Below, piece after piece: positions 19,152 through 26,918 of a stretch of DNA of 64,000 nt (within the stretch, counting starts at the first letter, position 1; each line of letters opens with the position of its first letter). This DNA is from Dehalococcoidia bacterium (GTDB lineage: Bacteria; Chloroflexota; Dehalococcoidia; SZUA-161; SpSt-899), in assembly GCA_028711995.1 (NCBI GenBank), contig JAQTRE010000003.1, positions 543 to 64,542 on the forward strand, read 5' to 3'. The notes under the pieces are model-generated. The model searched no databases, had not been told where the DNA came from, and saw nothing but the letters and a program-made list of their open reading frames with translations. The position numbers and the translations under genes are program-made.

Positions 19152-19503
19152 CCGCTACCACCTGATCCCATGGCGCGCCTGCGTCCATTTTGGCCATCAG
19201 ATCCTCACTCTCCGGGGTTATATCCTCGCCACATCCATGAGTCATTCTTCGATTCCACTCAGCCAGCGCGCGAGTGTCGTTGGCCTTGAGCCCTCTCATC
19301 AGATTGCGATCGGTCAGCATGTCCTCATATATGCCCTTTCTCAGATAAGATTCTCCCTTGCCAATGCCAAACTTGGAGAACCGACGAGAGAGGTCCTGTC
19401 CTCCACACTCAGGACACTTAAGGGAATCGGGCTGATCGAATCCCCTCACAAAGATGGATACTCGACGTTTGCAATTTCCGCAATCATATTCATAAACCGG
19501 CAT
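19108..19503 (-). CDS. FmdB-family zinc-ribbon protein, paralog
   Basis: MPVYEYDCGNCKRRVSIFVRGFDQPDSLKCPECGGQDL. Its 3' end overlaps the downstream paralog's 5' end by 44 nt in a different frame. Confidence 0.6.
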   Translation of the reverse strand: MPVYEYDCGNCKRRVSIFVRGFDQPDSLKCPECGGQDLSRRFSKFGIGKGESYLRKGIYEDMLTDRNLMRGLKANDTRALAEWNRRMTHGCGEDITPESEDLMAKMDAGAPWDQVVADAKATYGELGGGEE

Positions 19504-19595
19504 GTTTCACCTCTTTCCGCCTCAAGATTTTACCAGACGCCGGGGCCGATGTGCAAATGAGACCCCCTCCTGGGAATCGCTGATCACGTTCAAAT

Positions 19596-19684
19596 AAACC
19601 CCTTGACCCCCACGCTTGGGGAAAAAATACAGAATTTGGGGGACATCCCCAAACCCCCGGCAGGGATATGTCCCTGCACTCTCT
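19596..19684. repeat. Structured intergenic repeat, family 1 (copy B), three consecutive hairpins
   Basis: aaaccccttgacccccacgcttggggaaaaaatacagaatttgggggacatccccaaacccccggcagggatatgtccctgcactctc. Hairpins cccccacgcttgggg, gggggacatcccc and gcaggga-tatg-tccctgc (perfect 7-bp stem). Paralogous to 7254-7345. Confidence 0.5.
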
Positions 19685-19730
19685 AAATCCTGATCCCAAC
19701 CATTTCTGCAGCACACTAATCAGAGCTTCT

Positions 19731-20096
19731 CTAATCCACAGCGTTTTCAATCAGTTCGATTCGAGAGATTTTCCCATTCCTTCCCACCTCGATGGCCACC
19801 ACATCGATGCGCCATGAGGCAGGCAATCCGGCGTGCTGCTGGATATAATACTGGGCCAGATGAACCAGTTTTCCCTTCTTGGCCTGAGTGATCGACTCTT
19901 CGGGAGTGCCGAATTCCGAGCCTCTTCTGGTGCGCACCTCCACAAATACCAGAAAGTCTCCATCCCTGGCTACGATATCGATCTCACCGATCGGGCAACG
20001 GAAGTTCGACTCCAGAATTTCATAACCGCGCTTCAGAAGATAATCTCTCGCCTCCCTTTCCCCGAACGCTCCCAAGCGCTGGCGACTATCGCTCAT
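19731..20096 (-). CDS. yraN: YraN-family (UPF0102) predicted endonuclease
   Basis: GAFGEREARDYLLKRGYEILESNFRCPIGEIDIVARDGDFLVFVEVRTRR is the YraN signature. Overlaps the rnhB 3' end. Confidence 0.8.
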   Translation of the reverse strand: MSDSRQRLGAFGEREARDYLLKRGYEILESNFRCPIGEIDIVARDGDFLVFVEVRTRRGSEFGTPEESITQAKKGKLVHLAQYYIQQHAGLPASWRIDVVAIEVGRNGKISRIELIENAVD

Positions 20097-20718
20097 CTTC
20101 CTCTATCCCGCGAACAGGCGCAAAGCTCCGGCGATGGACAGGACAACATCCAAGCTGCCTCAACCCTTGAATATGTTCCGCCGTGGGATACCCCTTGTTC
20201 CGGGCAAAACTATATCCGGGGTACAGGCTGTCATAATCATGCATGATCCGATCCCGGTAAACCTTGGCCACGATAGAGGCTGCCGCTATAGAGAAAGATA
20301 TGTTATCGCCTCTGATAATCCCCTTCTGGGGGATATCAACTTCCGACAGGACCAAAGCATCTATGAGCAAGAAGTCGGCAGGCACGGCAAGCTCCCGCAC
20401 CGCAGAGCGCATGGCCATTTTTGTAGCCGCCACGATTCCCTCTTCGTCAATCGTCTCCGCTGAAACCTCACCTATACCCACTGCCAAGGCCTCTCTCCGA
20501 ATGCATTCGGAGAGGAATTCCCGCTTTCGAGGGCTCAGCTTTTTGCTGTCCCGCACCTGAAACAGCCAGGACGGCCTGTTTTCCAAAGAGAGAATCACCG
20601 CGGCCGCAACCACCGGCCCTGCCAGCGGCCCCCTTCCCACCTCATCGATCCCGGCGATACACCGATACCCCTGCTGCCATAGCTCCTGCTCCTGGACAAA
20701 AGTCGGCTCCTGATTCAT
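20086..20718 (-). CDS. rnhB: Ribonuclease HII
   Basis: CIAGIDEVGRGPLAGPVVAAAVIL... RNase HII motifs. Start chosen at MNQEPTF (ATG near 20718); the ORF-track extension to 20880 is not supported by homology. Confidence 0.85.
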   Translation of the reverse strand: MNQEPTFVQEQELWQQGYRCIAGIDEVGRGPLAGPVVAAAVILSLENRPSWLFQVRDSKKLSPRKREFLSECIRREALAVGIGEVSAETIDEEGIVAATKMAMRSAVRELAVPADFLLIDALVLSEVDIPQKGIIRGDNISFSIAAASIVAKVYRDRIMHDYDSLYPGYSFARNKGYPTAEHIQGLRQLGCCPVHRRSFAPVRGIEEDER

Positions 20719-20981
20719 ATGACTGATACTTCGATTATACTTGCTTTCCGGCGCATTTCCCAGCAGACTGTATACCCCTGTTCCCCTTCTTCCATCGATT
20801 CTCGCCCGAAACAGAAGCGAATCGCATCGCAGATAGACGCCTTCTACAGGTACAGGACAGCCCCTCAAAATCAGGCCCATTCTGGAATGGGAATCGCTTC
20901 ATCAGCAGGTCATCGGCTATGTTATAATCAGTCTGTAATTTTCCTATACAAAAACTGCTGACAGGGGTACTAGAAAATAAG

Positions 20982-22094
20982 ATGTCTGGCTACCATCGCT
21001 TGGTGATTAAGCTGGGGACCAATCTGATTACGGCTGGCAAGGATAGTCTTGACCGCGAAACGATGAAGCGCCTGATTGGGCAGGCGACACAGCTTCATCA
21101 GCGCGGGTACCAGATACTGGTCGTTACCTCTGGGGCGGTGGCTGCGGGCAAGCATAGACTGGGGATAAGAAAGAAGCGCCGGGATGTTCCCTTCCGACAA
21201 ATGATGGCGGCGGTGGGCCAGGGGCGACTAATGCAGGCCTACGATGAACTCTTCAGCGCTCATGGGATCACCGTAGCCCAGACATTGCTCACCAGGCCGG
21301 ATTTTTCCAGTCGTCTGGGCTATCTGAATGCGCGCAATACATTATTGGCGCTCCTGGAACTTGGCGTGGTGCCGATCATCAATGAGAATGACGTGGTATT
21401 CGTGGAAGAGCTCGAAGGGGCCACATTTGGAGACAATGATAATCTTTCAGCAATGGTGGCCAATCTGGTGGATGCCGATCTTCTGGTCATCCTCAGCGAT
21501 GTGTCCGGACTCTATACCAGCGATCCAAACCAGGATGCGGCAGCTGAACTTGTTCCGCGGGTGGCGCGAATAGATCGCTCGATTGAGGAACTTGCCAGAG
21601 GGACAAGCAGTGAACGGGGTACCGGAGGGATGACGACCAAGATTGAGGCGGCCAAGCTGGCAACAGCTTCCGGGACGGCTGTGGTGATCGCCAGTGGACA
21701 GGAGCCCAATGTGATCCTCAGGCTGGCCGAGAAGGAGGCTCTGGGGACATTCTTTGAACCGGTTGCCTCCAGGATCGAAGGCCGAAAACGCTGGATGCTT
21801 GGCCTTCCGACCAAGGGCAAGATTGCGGTCGACTCCGGCGCGAAAACCGCGCTGAAAAAGAATAATGGCAGCCTCCTTCCAGCCGGAATCACTGGAGTGG
21901 AGGGGTTTTTTGAGCGGGGGGATGCGGTTGCGATTGTGGATTCCCAGGATGGGAGCATCGGTATTGGCATATCCAACTATGGTGCGGTGGATATATCCCG
22001 GATTAGAGGCTCCCGTTCCGAAAGTATCCCAAAAGTCCTCGGTCACGGATACGGGGATGAGGTGGTACACCGGGATAATATGGTAATTTTATAG
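20982..22094 (+). CDS. proB: Glutamate 5-kinase with C-terminal PUA domain
   Basis: HRLVIKLGTNLIT... aspartokinase-family fold, ..VTSGAVAAG.., C-terminal PUA (GKIAVDSGAKTALKKNNGSLLPAGITGVEG). Confidence 0.9.
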   Translation: MSGYHRLVIKLGTNLITAGKDSLDRETMKRLIGQATQLHQRGYQILVVTSGAVAAGKHRLGIRKKRRDVPFRQMMAAVGQGRLMQAYDELFSAHGITVAQTLLTRPDFSSRLGYLNARNTLLALLELGVVPIINENDVVFVEELEGATFGDNDNLSAMVANLVDADLLVILSDVSGLYTSDPNQDAAAELVPRVARIDRSIEELARGTSSERGTGGMTTKIEAAKLATASGTAVVIASGQEPNVILRLAEKEALGTFFEPVASRIEGRKRWMLGLPTKGKIAVDSGAKTALKKNNGSLLPAGITGVEGFFERGDAVAIVDSQDGSIGIGISNYGAVDISRIRGSRSESIPKVLGHGYGDEVVHRDNMVIL

Positions 22095-22219
22095 ATTGTT
22101 GGGCTGGCCAACAGGGAAGCCCTGGTTAAGTGGTGCAGGGGGTTGATCAGAACCTGATCCGAGATTCATTGGTTTGGGCAATATCAGAACGGAGAAAGGA
22201 TTTTGAAGGAGTGTGCAAC

Positions 22220-22603
22220 ATGGCAAAACATGCTGACGACATCGTTGTTGATAAGAAGGACCAACTGGAAAAGATCGAGGATTACTGCTTGCCCGATGAG
22301 ACGATCCGGGCGGTGTTCGATATGAAAGGTGGGGGTACGGGTTTCATTGGGATCACGGACAAACGGGTGATTTTCTATGATAAGGCCTTCATGCACAAGA
22401 AAAAGGCGATGGTGACGATTCCGTATGGCAGGATTCATGCCGTGAGCAGCGAGGACGATACCGGAGGGCTGATCAAGCGCGGTTTTCTGGCCAGCAGCCG
22501 ATTAACGCTCCACGCAGGCAATGACGCTTTTGAATTTGAATTCCGGGGCGGAGATAAGGCGCATCGTGCTTATGCGATTATCATGGAGTATCTCTTGAAA
22601 TAG
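22220..22603 (+). CDS. Bacterial PH-domain (bPH/YokE-like) protein
   Basis: MAKHADDIVVDKKDQLEKIEDYCLPDETIRAVFDMKGGGTGFIGITDKRVIFYDK... matches the bacterial pleckstrin-homology pattern of about 125 aa. GAAGGAG RBS 7 nt upstream of ATG 22220. Inserted between proB and proA. Confidence 0.5.
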   Translation: MAKHADDIVVDKKDQLEKIEDYCLPDETIRAVFDMKGGGTGFIGITDKRVIFYDKAFMHKKKAMVTIPYGRIHAVSSEDDTGGLIKRGFLASSRLTLHAGNDAFEFEFRGGDKAHRAYAIIMEYLLK

Positions 22604-22679
22604 GGGATTTTACCTGGCTCCTTATCCGGCAAGTTCTGTTCAACATGGCACGCCTTTTATCCCGGGAAGCGGTCCCTCA

Positions 22680-23111
22680 GTGAGGGTACAGATGGGTGAG
22701 GAAAAAAGCGTATTAATCAAAAATGAATCGGATATTGTGAATGCCTGCTTTACGGGAAAACAGATGGCCGCCAGGATCGGGTTGGGGATTGTTGAGCAAT
22801 CCCACATCGTTACGGCTATCGCAGAACTGGCTCGGAATATCATTGCCTATGCCGGGAGCGGGGTAATCAGTTTCCATTTCCTTGGTGACGCTGAAGACAG
22901 TGGGCTGGAGATTATGGCAGTGGATAGCGGACCCGGCATTGCCGATACTGAATTGGCGATAAGAGGCGTCTGCGCATCCGGAGGTGAGTTGTGCGGAGGC
23001 CTGCTGTGTGCCAAACGATTGATGGATGAATTCGAGATAGAATCAGGGGTGGGGAGAGGAACCACGGTGACCATCCGCAAATGGAAGACTGAACAGCAGA
23101 CCTGTCAATAG
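22680..23111 (+). CDS. Anti-sigma-factor-like serine kinase / GHKL ATPase (RsbW/SpoIIAB-like HATPase_c)
   Basis: About 140 aa, ELARNIIAYAGSG...LEIMAVDSGPGIAD...GGLLCAKRLMDEFEIESGVGRGTTVTI (N-box, G1 and G2 boxes of a small GHKL kinase). No STAS partner in the window. Confidence 0.6.
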   Translation: MRVQMGEEKSVLIKNESDIVNACFTGKQMAARIGLGIVEQSHIVTAIAELARNIIAYAGSGVISFHFLGDAEDSGLEIMAVDSGPGIADTELAIRGVCASGGELCGGLLCAKRLMDEFEIESGVGRGTTVTIRKWKTEQQTCQ

Positions 23112-23171
23112 CCATCCGATTGGCAGATAACAGAGGAAAATATACTTCTTTGAGATTGAGGACATCGGGAT

Positions 23172-24467
23172 ATGGATATCGAGCAAAAAGCGATTGAAGC
23201 CAGAGAAGCCTCTATTCAGCTCTCGGCTGTTAACACTGATGCCAAGAATGCCGCGCTTTCGGAAATAGCCCTGGCGATTGAACATCGCCAGGCGCATATC
23301 CTGGCCGCCAACCGCTCCGATATGGAAAAGGCCCAGAAGGAAGCTCTGTCACCTCCTCTACTCAAAAGGCTGAAATTCGATGAAGCCAAGATCAGGGAAA
23401 GCATTCAGGGGTTGAATAGCCTGATCGGCCTTTCGGACCCCACCGGCAAAACGCTGAGCGCCATGGAACTTGATGATGGGCTGAAGCTCTACAAGATGAG
23501 TTGTCCCATCGGTGTGATCGGCATCGTCTTTGAGTCGAGGCCGGATGCGCTGCTGCAGATTTCATCCCTGTGTCTGAAGAGTGGAAATGCCGTCCTGATG
23601 AAGGGGGGCAGTGAAGCAGCCAACACCAACCGCATCCTGGCAGATATCATCACAGAGGCAACCTTGAAAGCGGGCATGCCCGAAGGATGGCTGACGCTTC
23701 TGGAAGCGCGTTCGGATGTCACCGAAATGCTGAGGATGGATCAGTACATCGATTTGATCATTCCGCGAGGCAGTAACGACTTTGTCCGCTACATCATGCA
23801 AAACACGAGCATTCCGGTGATGGGCCACGCCGACGGAATATGTCATGTCTATGTCGACAGCAAAGCCGATCTCGATATGGCCGTCCGAATCGTGGTCGAT
23901 AGCAAGACTCAGTACGTGGCAGTGTGTAATGCGGCAGAAACGCTATTGGTGCACCAGGATATCGCCCGAGCATTCCTGCCCAGGATCAAAAAGGCGCTCG
24001 AAGAGAAAGGCGTAGAGCTTCGCGGCTGCGCGGAAACGCTGAAAATCATCGATGTTAAATCTGCCACAGAAGATGACTGGCGAACCGAATATCTCGATTT
24101 GATCCTGTCAGTCAAGGTGGTGAAGAATCTGGGCGAGGCCGTCGATCACATCAATCGGTATGGGTCAGGCCACACGGATGTCATTGTAACTGCCGATAGA
24201 GCCAGCGGTGTTCAATTCATGGATTATGTGGATTCGGCCAACGTATTTCTGAACTGCAGCAGCCGGTTCAGCGATGGTTTCAGATACGGACTGGGAGCCG
24301 AGGTCGGTATCAGCACCGGAAAGATTCATTCCAGAGGCCCTGTTGGCCTGGAAGGGCTAGTCATCTACAAGTGGAAGCTCGTTGGCGATGGTCATATTGT
24401 GGCCGACTACTCGGGTGAACAGGGCAAAACCTTCACCCATCGGGGTCTCCGGGAAGACTTCAGCTAA
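23172..24467 (+). CDS. proA: Gamma-glutamyl phosphate reductase (glutamate-5-semialdehyde dehydrogenase)
   Basis: ALDH-superfamily fold with the ProA N-terminus (ARE/ASxQLS..NxDAKNAAL) and a catalytic Cys region. Confidence 0.9.
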   Translation: MDIEQKAIEAREASIQLSAVNTDAKNAALSEIALAIEHRQAHILAANRSDMEKAQKEALSPPLLKRLKFDEAKIRESIQGLNSLIGLSDPTGKTLSAMELDDGLKLYKMSCPIGVIGIVFESRPDALLQISSLCLKSGNAVLMKGGSEAANTNRILADIITEATLKAGMPEGWLTLLEARSDVTEMLRMDQYIDLIIPRGSNDFVRYIMQNTSIPVMGHADGICHVYVDSKADLDMAVRIVVDSKTQYVAVCNAAETLLVHQDIARAFLPRIKKALEEKGVELRGCAETLKIIDVKSATEDDWRTEYLDLILSVKVVKNLGEAVDHINRYGSGHTDVIVTADRASGVQFMDYVDSANVFLNCSSRFSDGFRYGLGAEVGISTGKIHSRGPVGLEGLVIYKWKLVGDGHIVADYSGEQGKTFTHRGLREDFS

Positions 24468-24495
24468 TATATTGTCTTAATAATGGCTTTTCAAT

Positions 24496-24524
24496 GTCTG
24501 TCATTCCGGATCGATCCGGAATCC
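24496..24524. repeat. Palindromic intergenic repeat, family 2
   Basis: ttcaatgtctgtcattccggatcgatccggaatcc, related to ttcaatgtcattcccgacctgatcgggaatcc at 26697-26731. Internal palindrome ttccggatc/gatccggaa. Lies 3' of proA. Confidence 0.45.
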
Positions 24525-24563
24525 AGGCTTCGTTAACGGACAAACCAAACTAAAAAAGGGGGG

Positions 24564-24875
24564 ATGATGCCAGACTATCGTTTTGAGAGGGAGTGCCGCA
24601 CACCTTATTCTGAGGCTTATACCATCGTGGTGGATGAGGACCCCATTGGGAGAATCGATCTGCATTACACTACGTATACGGTCACCGCGACCCTGTGCGT
24701 AGGAGAGAACATGACGGCCGAGGAGATTCGAGAACTGATTGATACCATCGATGAAGAAATTGTGCTCTCCGCCGATATGCCCCGCGATGACTTCTTTGTC
24801 ACCGTATATCAGGGACGCGAAGCCGGTATCTTCACCGATGAGGAGTTTGGGGAGGAAGACGAACTCGAAGATTGA
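24564..24875 (+). CDS. Small acidic hypothetical protein
   Basis: 103-aa ORF with a GGGGATG RBS-like sequence upstream and an acidic C-terminus (EEFGEEDELED). No recognisable family. Confidence 0.4.
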   Translation: MMPDYRFERECRTPYSEAYTIVVDEDPIGRIDLHYTTYTVTATLCVGENMTAEEIRELIDTIDEEIVLSADMPRDDFFVTVYQGREAGIFTDEEFGEEDELED

Positions 24876-24907
24876 CCAGCTCCCCTGATCAAAAGAGGGA
24901 TTCCAGA

Positions 24908-24935
24908 GCAGGGGCTCGGCATGCCGAGCCCCTGC
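24908..24935. terminator. Perfect 12-bp palindromic hairpin
   Basis: gcaggggctcggcatgccgagcccctgc, 33 nt after the 24564-24875 ORF. No clean U-tract on plus, weak T-run on minus. Confidence 0.4.
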
Positions 24936-25051
24936 CAAAACACCCCCAACCAGCGGGGTTGAGTCAGACTATCTCACTACTCTGTTAAGAGGAATTACGA
25001 TTGCATTCATGCCCGAGGTTCATTCAATGAATATGAAACCAGACCAAAAGG

Positions 25052-25768
25052 ATGCCACCCGCAGTGACTGAACTGGATCGCCTGCAAGAGTCCCTTGGCG
25101 TCATCTTTGATGACGTATCTCATCTGGAACTGGCGCTTGTCCATCGATCCTATTTGAATGAGGCTGGTGATTGTCATCCGGCATCCAACGAACGATTGGA
25201 GTTCCTGGGCGATGCGGTGCTCGGATTCGTCGTCGCCCGAAAGCTGTACTCCGACTTTCCCGGCTTCTCCGAGGGCGACCTGACCAAGCTGCGGTCATCC
25301 CTGGTGCGGACGGAGACCCTGGCGCGCATCGCTCACTCCTTGCAACTAGGAGATTATCTCTATCTGGGAAAAGGGGAGGAGGAAAGCGGAGGGCGCAATC
25401 GAGAGAGGAATCTGGCTTGCACACTGGAGGCCGTCATCGGCGCTGTGCTCATCGACCGGGGATTTGGAGTGGCCAAGCGGTTCGTTTTGCGAATACTTCG
25501 AGAAGAACTCCGGCAGGCTGCCGAAGGAAAACTTCAAAATGACCCGAAGTCGAAGCTGCAAGAGGTTATACAGGCAGGGCATCGGGTGACACCGACCTAC
25601 CGAACCATCGATGCCACTGGCCCGGATCATGAAAGGGTGTTCACGGTAGAAGTTTTTGCGGGTGAGACGCTGCTTGGCCGGGGCAGCGGCCGGAAGAAGC
25701 GGATCGCCGAACAGGAAGCGGCACGGGATGCCCTGAGGAATCTGGAGGGGGAAGAGAATATTGCTTAA
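25052..25768 (+). CDS. rnc: Ribonuclease III
   Basis: ERLEFLGDAVLGFVVARKLY (RNase III signature) plus a C-terminal dsRBD. Confidence 0.9.
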   Translation: MPPAVTELDRLQESLGVIFDDVSHLELALVHRSYLNEAGDCHPASNERLEFLGDAVLGFVVARKLYSDFPGFSEGDLTKLRSSLVRTETLARIAHSLQLGDYLYLGKGEEESGGRNRERNLACTLEAVIGAVLIDRGFGVAKRFVLRILREELRQAAEGKLQNDPKSKLQEVIQAGHRVTPTYRTIDATGPDHERVFTVEVFAGETLLGRGSGRKKRIAEQEAARDALRNLEGEENIA

Positions 25769-26669
25769 CATCCTTAAGAAGACCAAGGATAGTTTGGACC
25801 GTACTCGCAAGGCTCTGGCGGGAAAAGTCAATGATATCTTCGATCGCGCCGAGTTCAATGACGATCTGTGGGACGAACTTGAAGAGGTGCTGATTGGCGC
25901 TGATGTAGGGATGGCTGCGACAGAGAAAATCATCAAGGGCACACGAGAGCGGGTCAAGGCGGAAAAGATCAAGCAAGTATCCGAAGCAAGGGGTGCTCTC
26001 AGCAAGGAGATGGTCAACATTCTTCAATCCTCGATGAGTGCTTCTTCCCAGACGGCCGGCAAGCCGGAAGTGATACTGGTGGTTGGCGTCAATGGCACGG
26101 GGAAAACCACCTCCATTGCCAAATTGGCATATCGGACAAAAGGGGAAGGCAAGAGCGTTTTACTGGCTGCCGGCGATACTTTCCGAGCAGCGGCCATAGA
26201 CCAGCTAAAATACTGGGGGGAAAAGGTGGGGATCGACGTCATTGCCAGCCAGCCGGGCGGAGATCCCGGTGCAGTGGTTTATGATGCGCTGGAGGCTGCC
26301 AAGAAACGAAAGACCGATGTCCTCATCATCGATACCGCCGGCCGAATCCAGACCAAAGCCAATCTGATGGAGGAGCTCAAGAAAGTCAGGAGGATCATCG
26401 GCAAATCCGAGATTGCACCTCAGGTGCTGCTGGTGCTGGATGCCAACACCGGTCAGAATGGACTTAGCCAGGCTCGCTCCTTCACCGAGGCGGTGGACGT
26501 CAATGGCATCATCATGGCTAAACTCGATAGCACCTCCAGGGGCGGAATCGTGATCGCCATCGCTGATGAGCTGAAGATCCCGATCCTGTTTATTGGCACC
26601 GGCCAGGAACTAGATGATCTGGCGCCTTTTGACGCCGGGGAGTTTGTGAAGGCTCTGCTTGATAGGTAA
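25761..26669 (+). CDS. ftsY: Signal recognition particle receptor FtsY (NG domain, short N-terminal region)
   Basis: [50 protein letters not shown] are the SRP-GTPase motifs. 8-nt overlap with rnc. Confidence 0.9.
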   Translation: MLNILKKTKDSLDRTRKALAGKVNDIFDRAEFNDDLWDELEEVLIGADVGMAATEKIIKGTRERVKAEKIKQVSEARGALSKEMVNILQSSMSASSQTAGKPEVILVVGVNGTGKTTSIAKLAYRTKGEGKSVLLAAGDTFRAAAIDQLKYWGEKVGIDVIASQPGGDPGAVVYDALEAAKKRKTDVLIIDTAGRIQTKANLMEELKKVRRIIGKSEIAPQVLLVLDANTGQNGLSQARSFTEAVDVNGIIMAKLDSTSRGGIVIAIADELKIPILFIGTGQELDDLAPFDAGEFVKALLDR

Positions 26670-26704
26670 ATCCCTCTCTTAAGGGACTCGCAACGACGTT
26701 TCAA

Positions 26705-26900
26705 TGTCATTCCCGACCTGATCGGGAATCCATAAAAGGCAGGAATCGGTTTGGTCGGGGTGTGCAAAGAGGACTCCCTCTGCCGGGGCTTTAGAAAGCC
26801 CCCCAAAGAATTGAGGGATCAAGGGGATTTAGCCAGAAACACTGGCATCGTACCAATCGGAACAGATGACTATAGATTCCCGATCAGGTCGGGAATGACA
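26705..26900. mobile_element. MITE-like element: 26-bp terminal inverted repeats flanking a core of about 145 bp, in the ftsY-dnaE intergenic/dnaE promoter region
   Basis: Left end tgtcattcccgacctgatcgggaatcc (26705-26731). Right end ggattcccgatcaggtcgggaatgaca (26875-26900) is its reverse complement, 25 of 26 positions matching. Each TIR is itself a palindrome (tcccga...tcggga). A related single copy is at 24496-24524. Confidence 0.35.
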
Positions 26901-26918
26901 CAAACGAGTAATTGAGCA

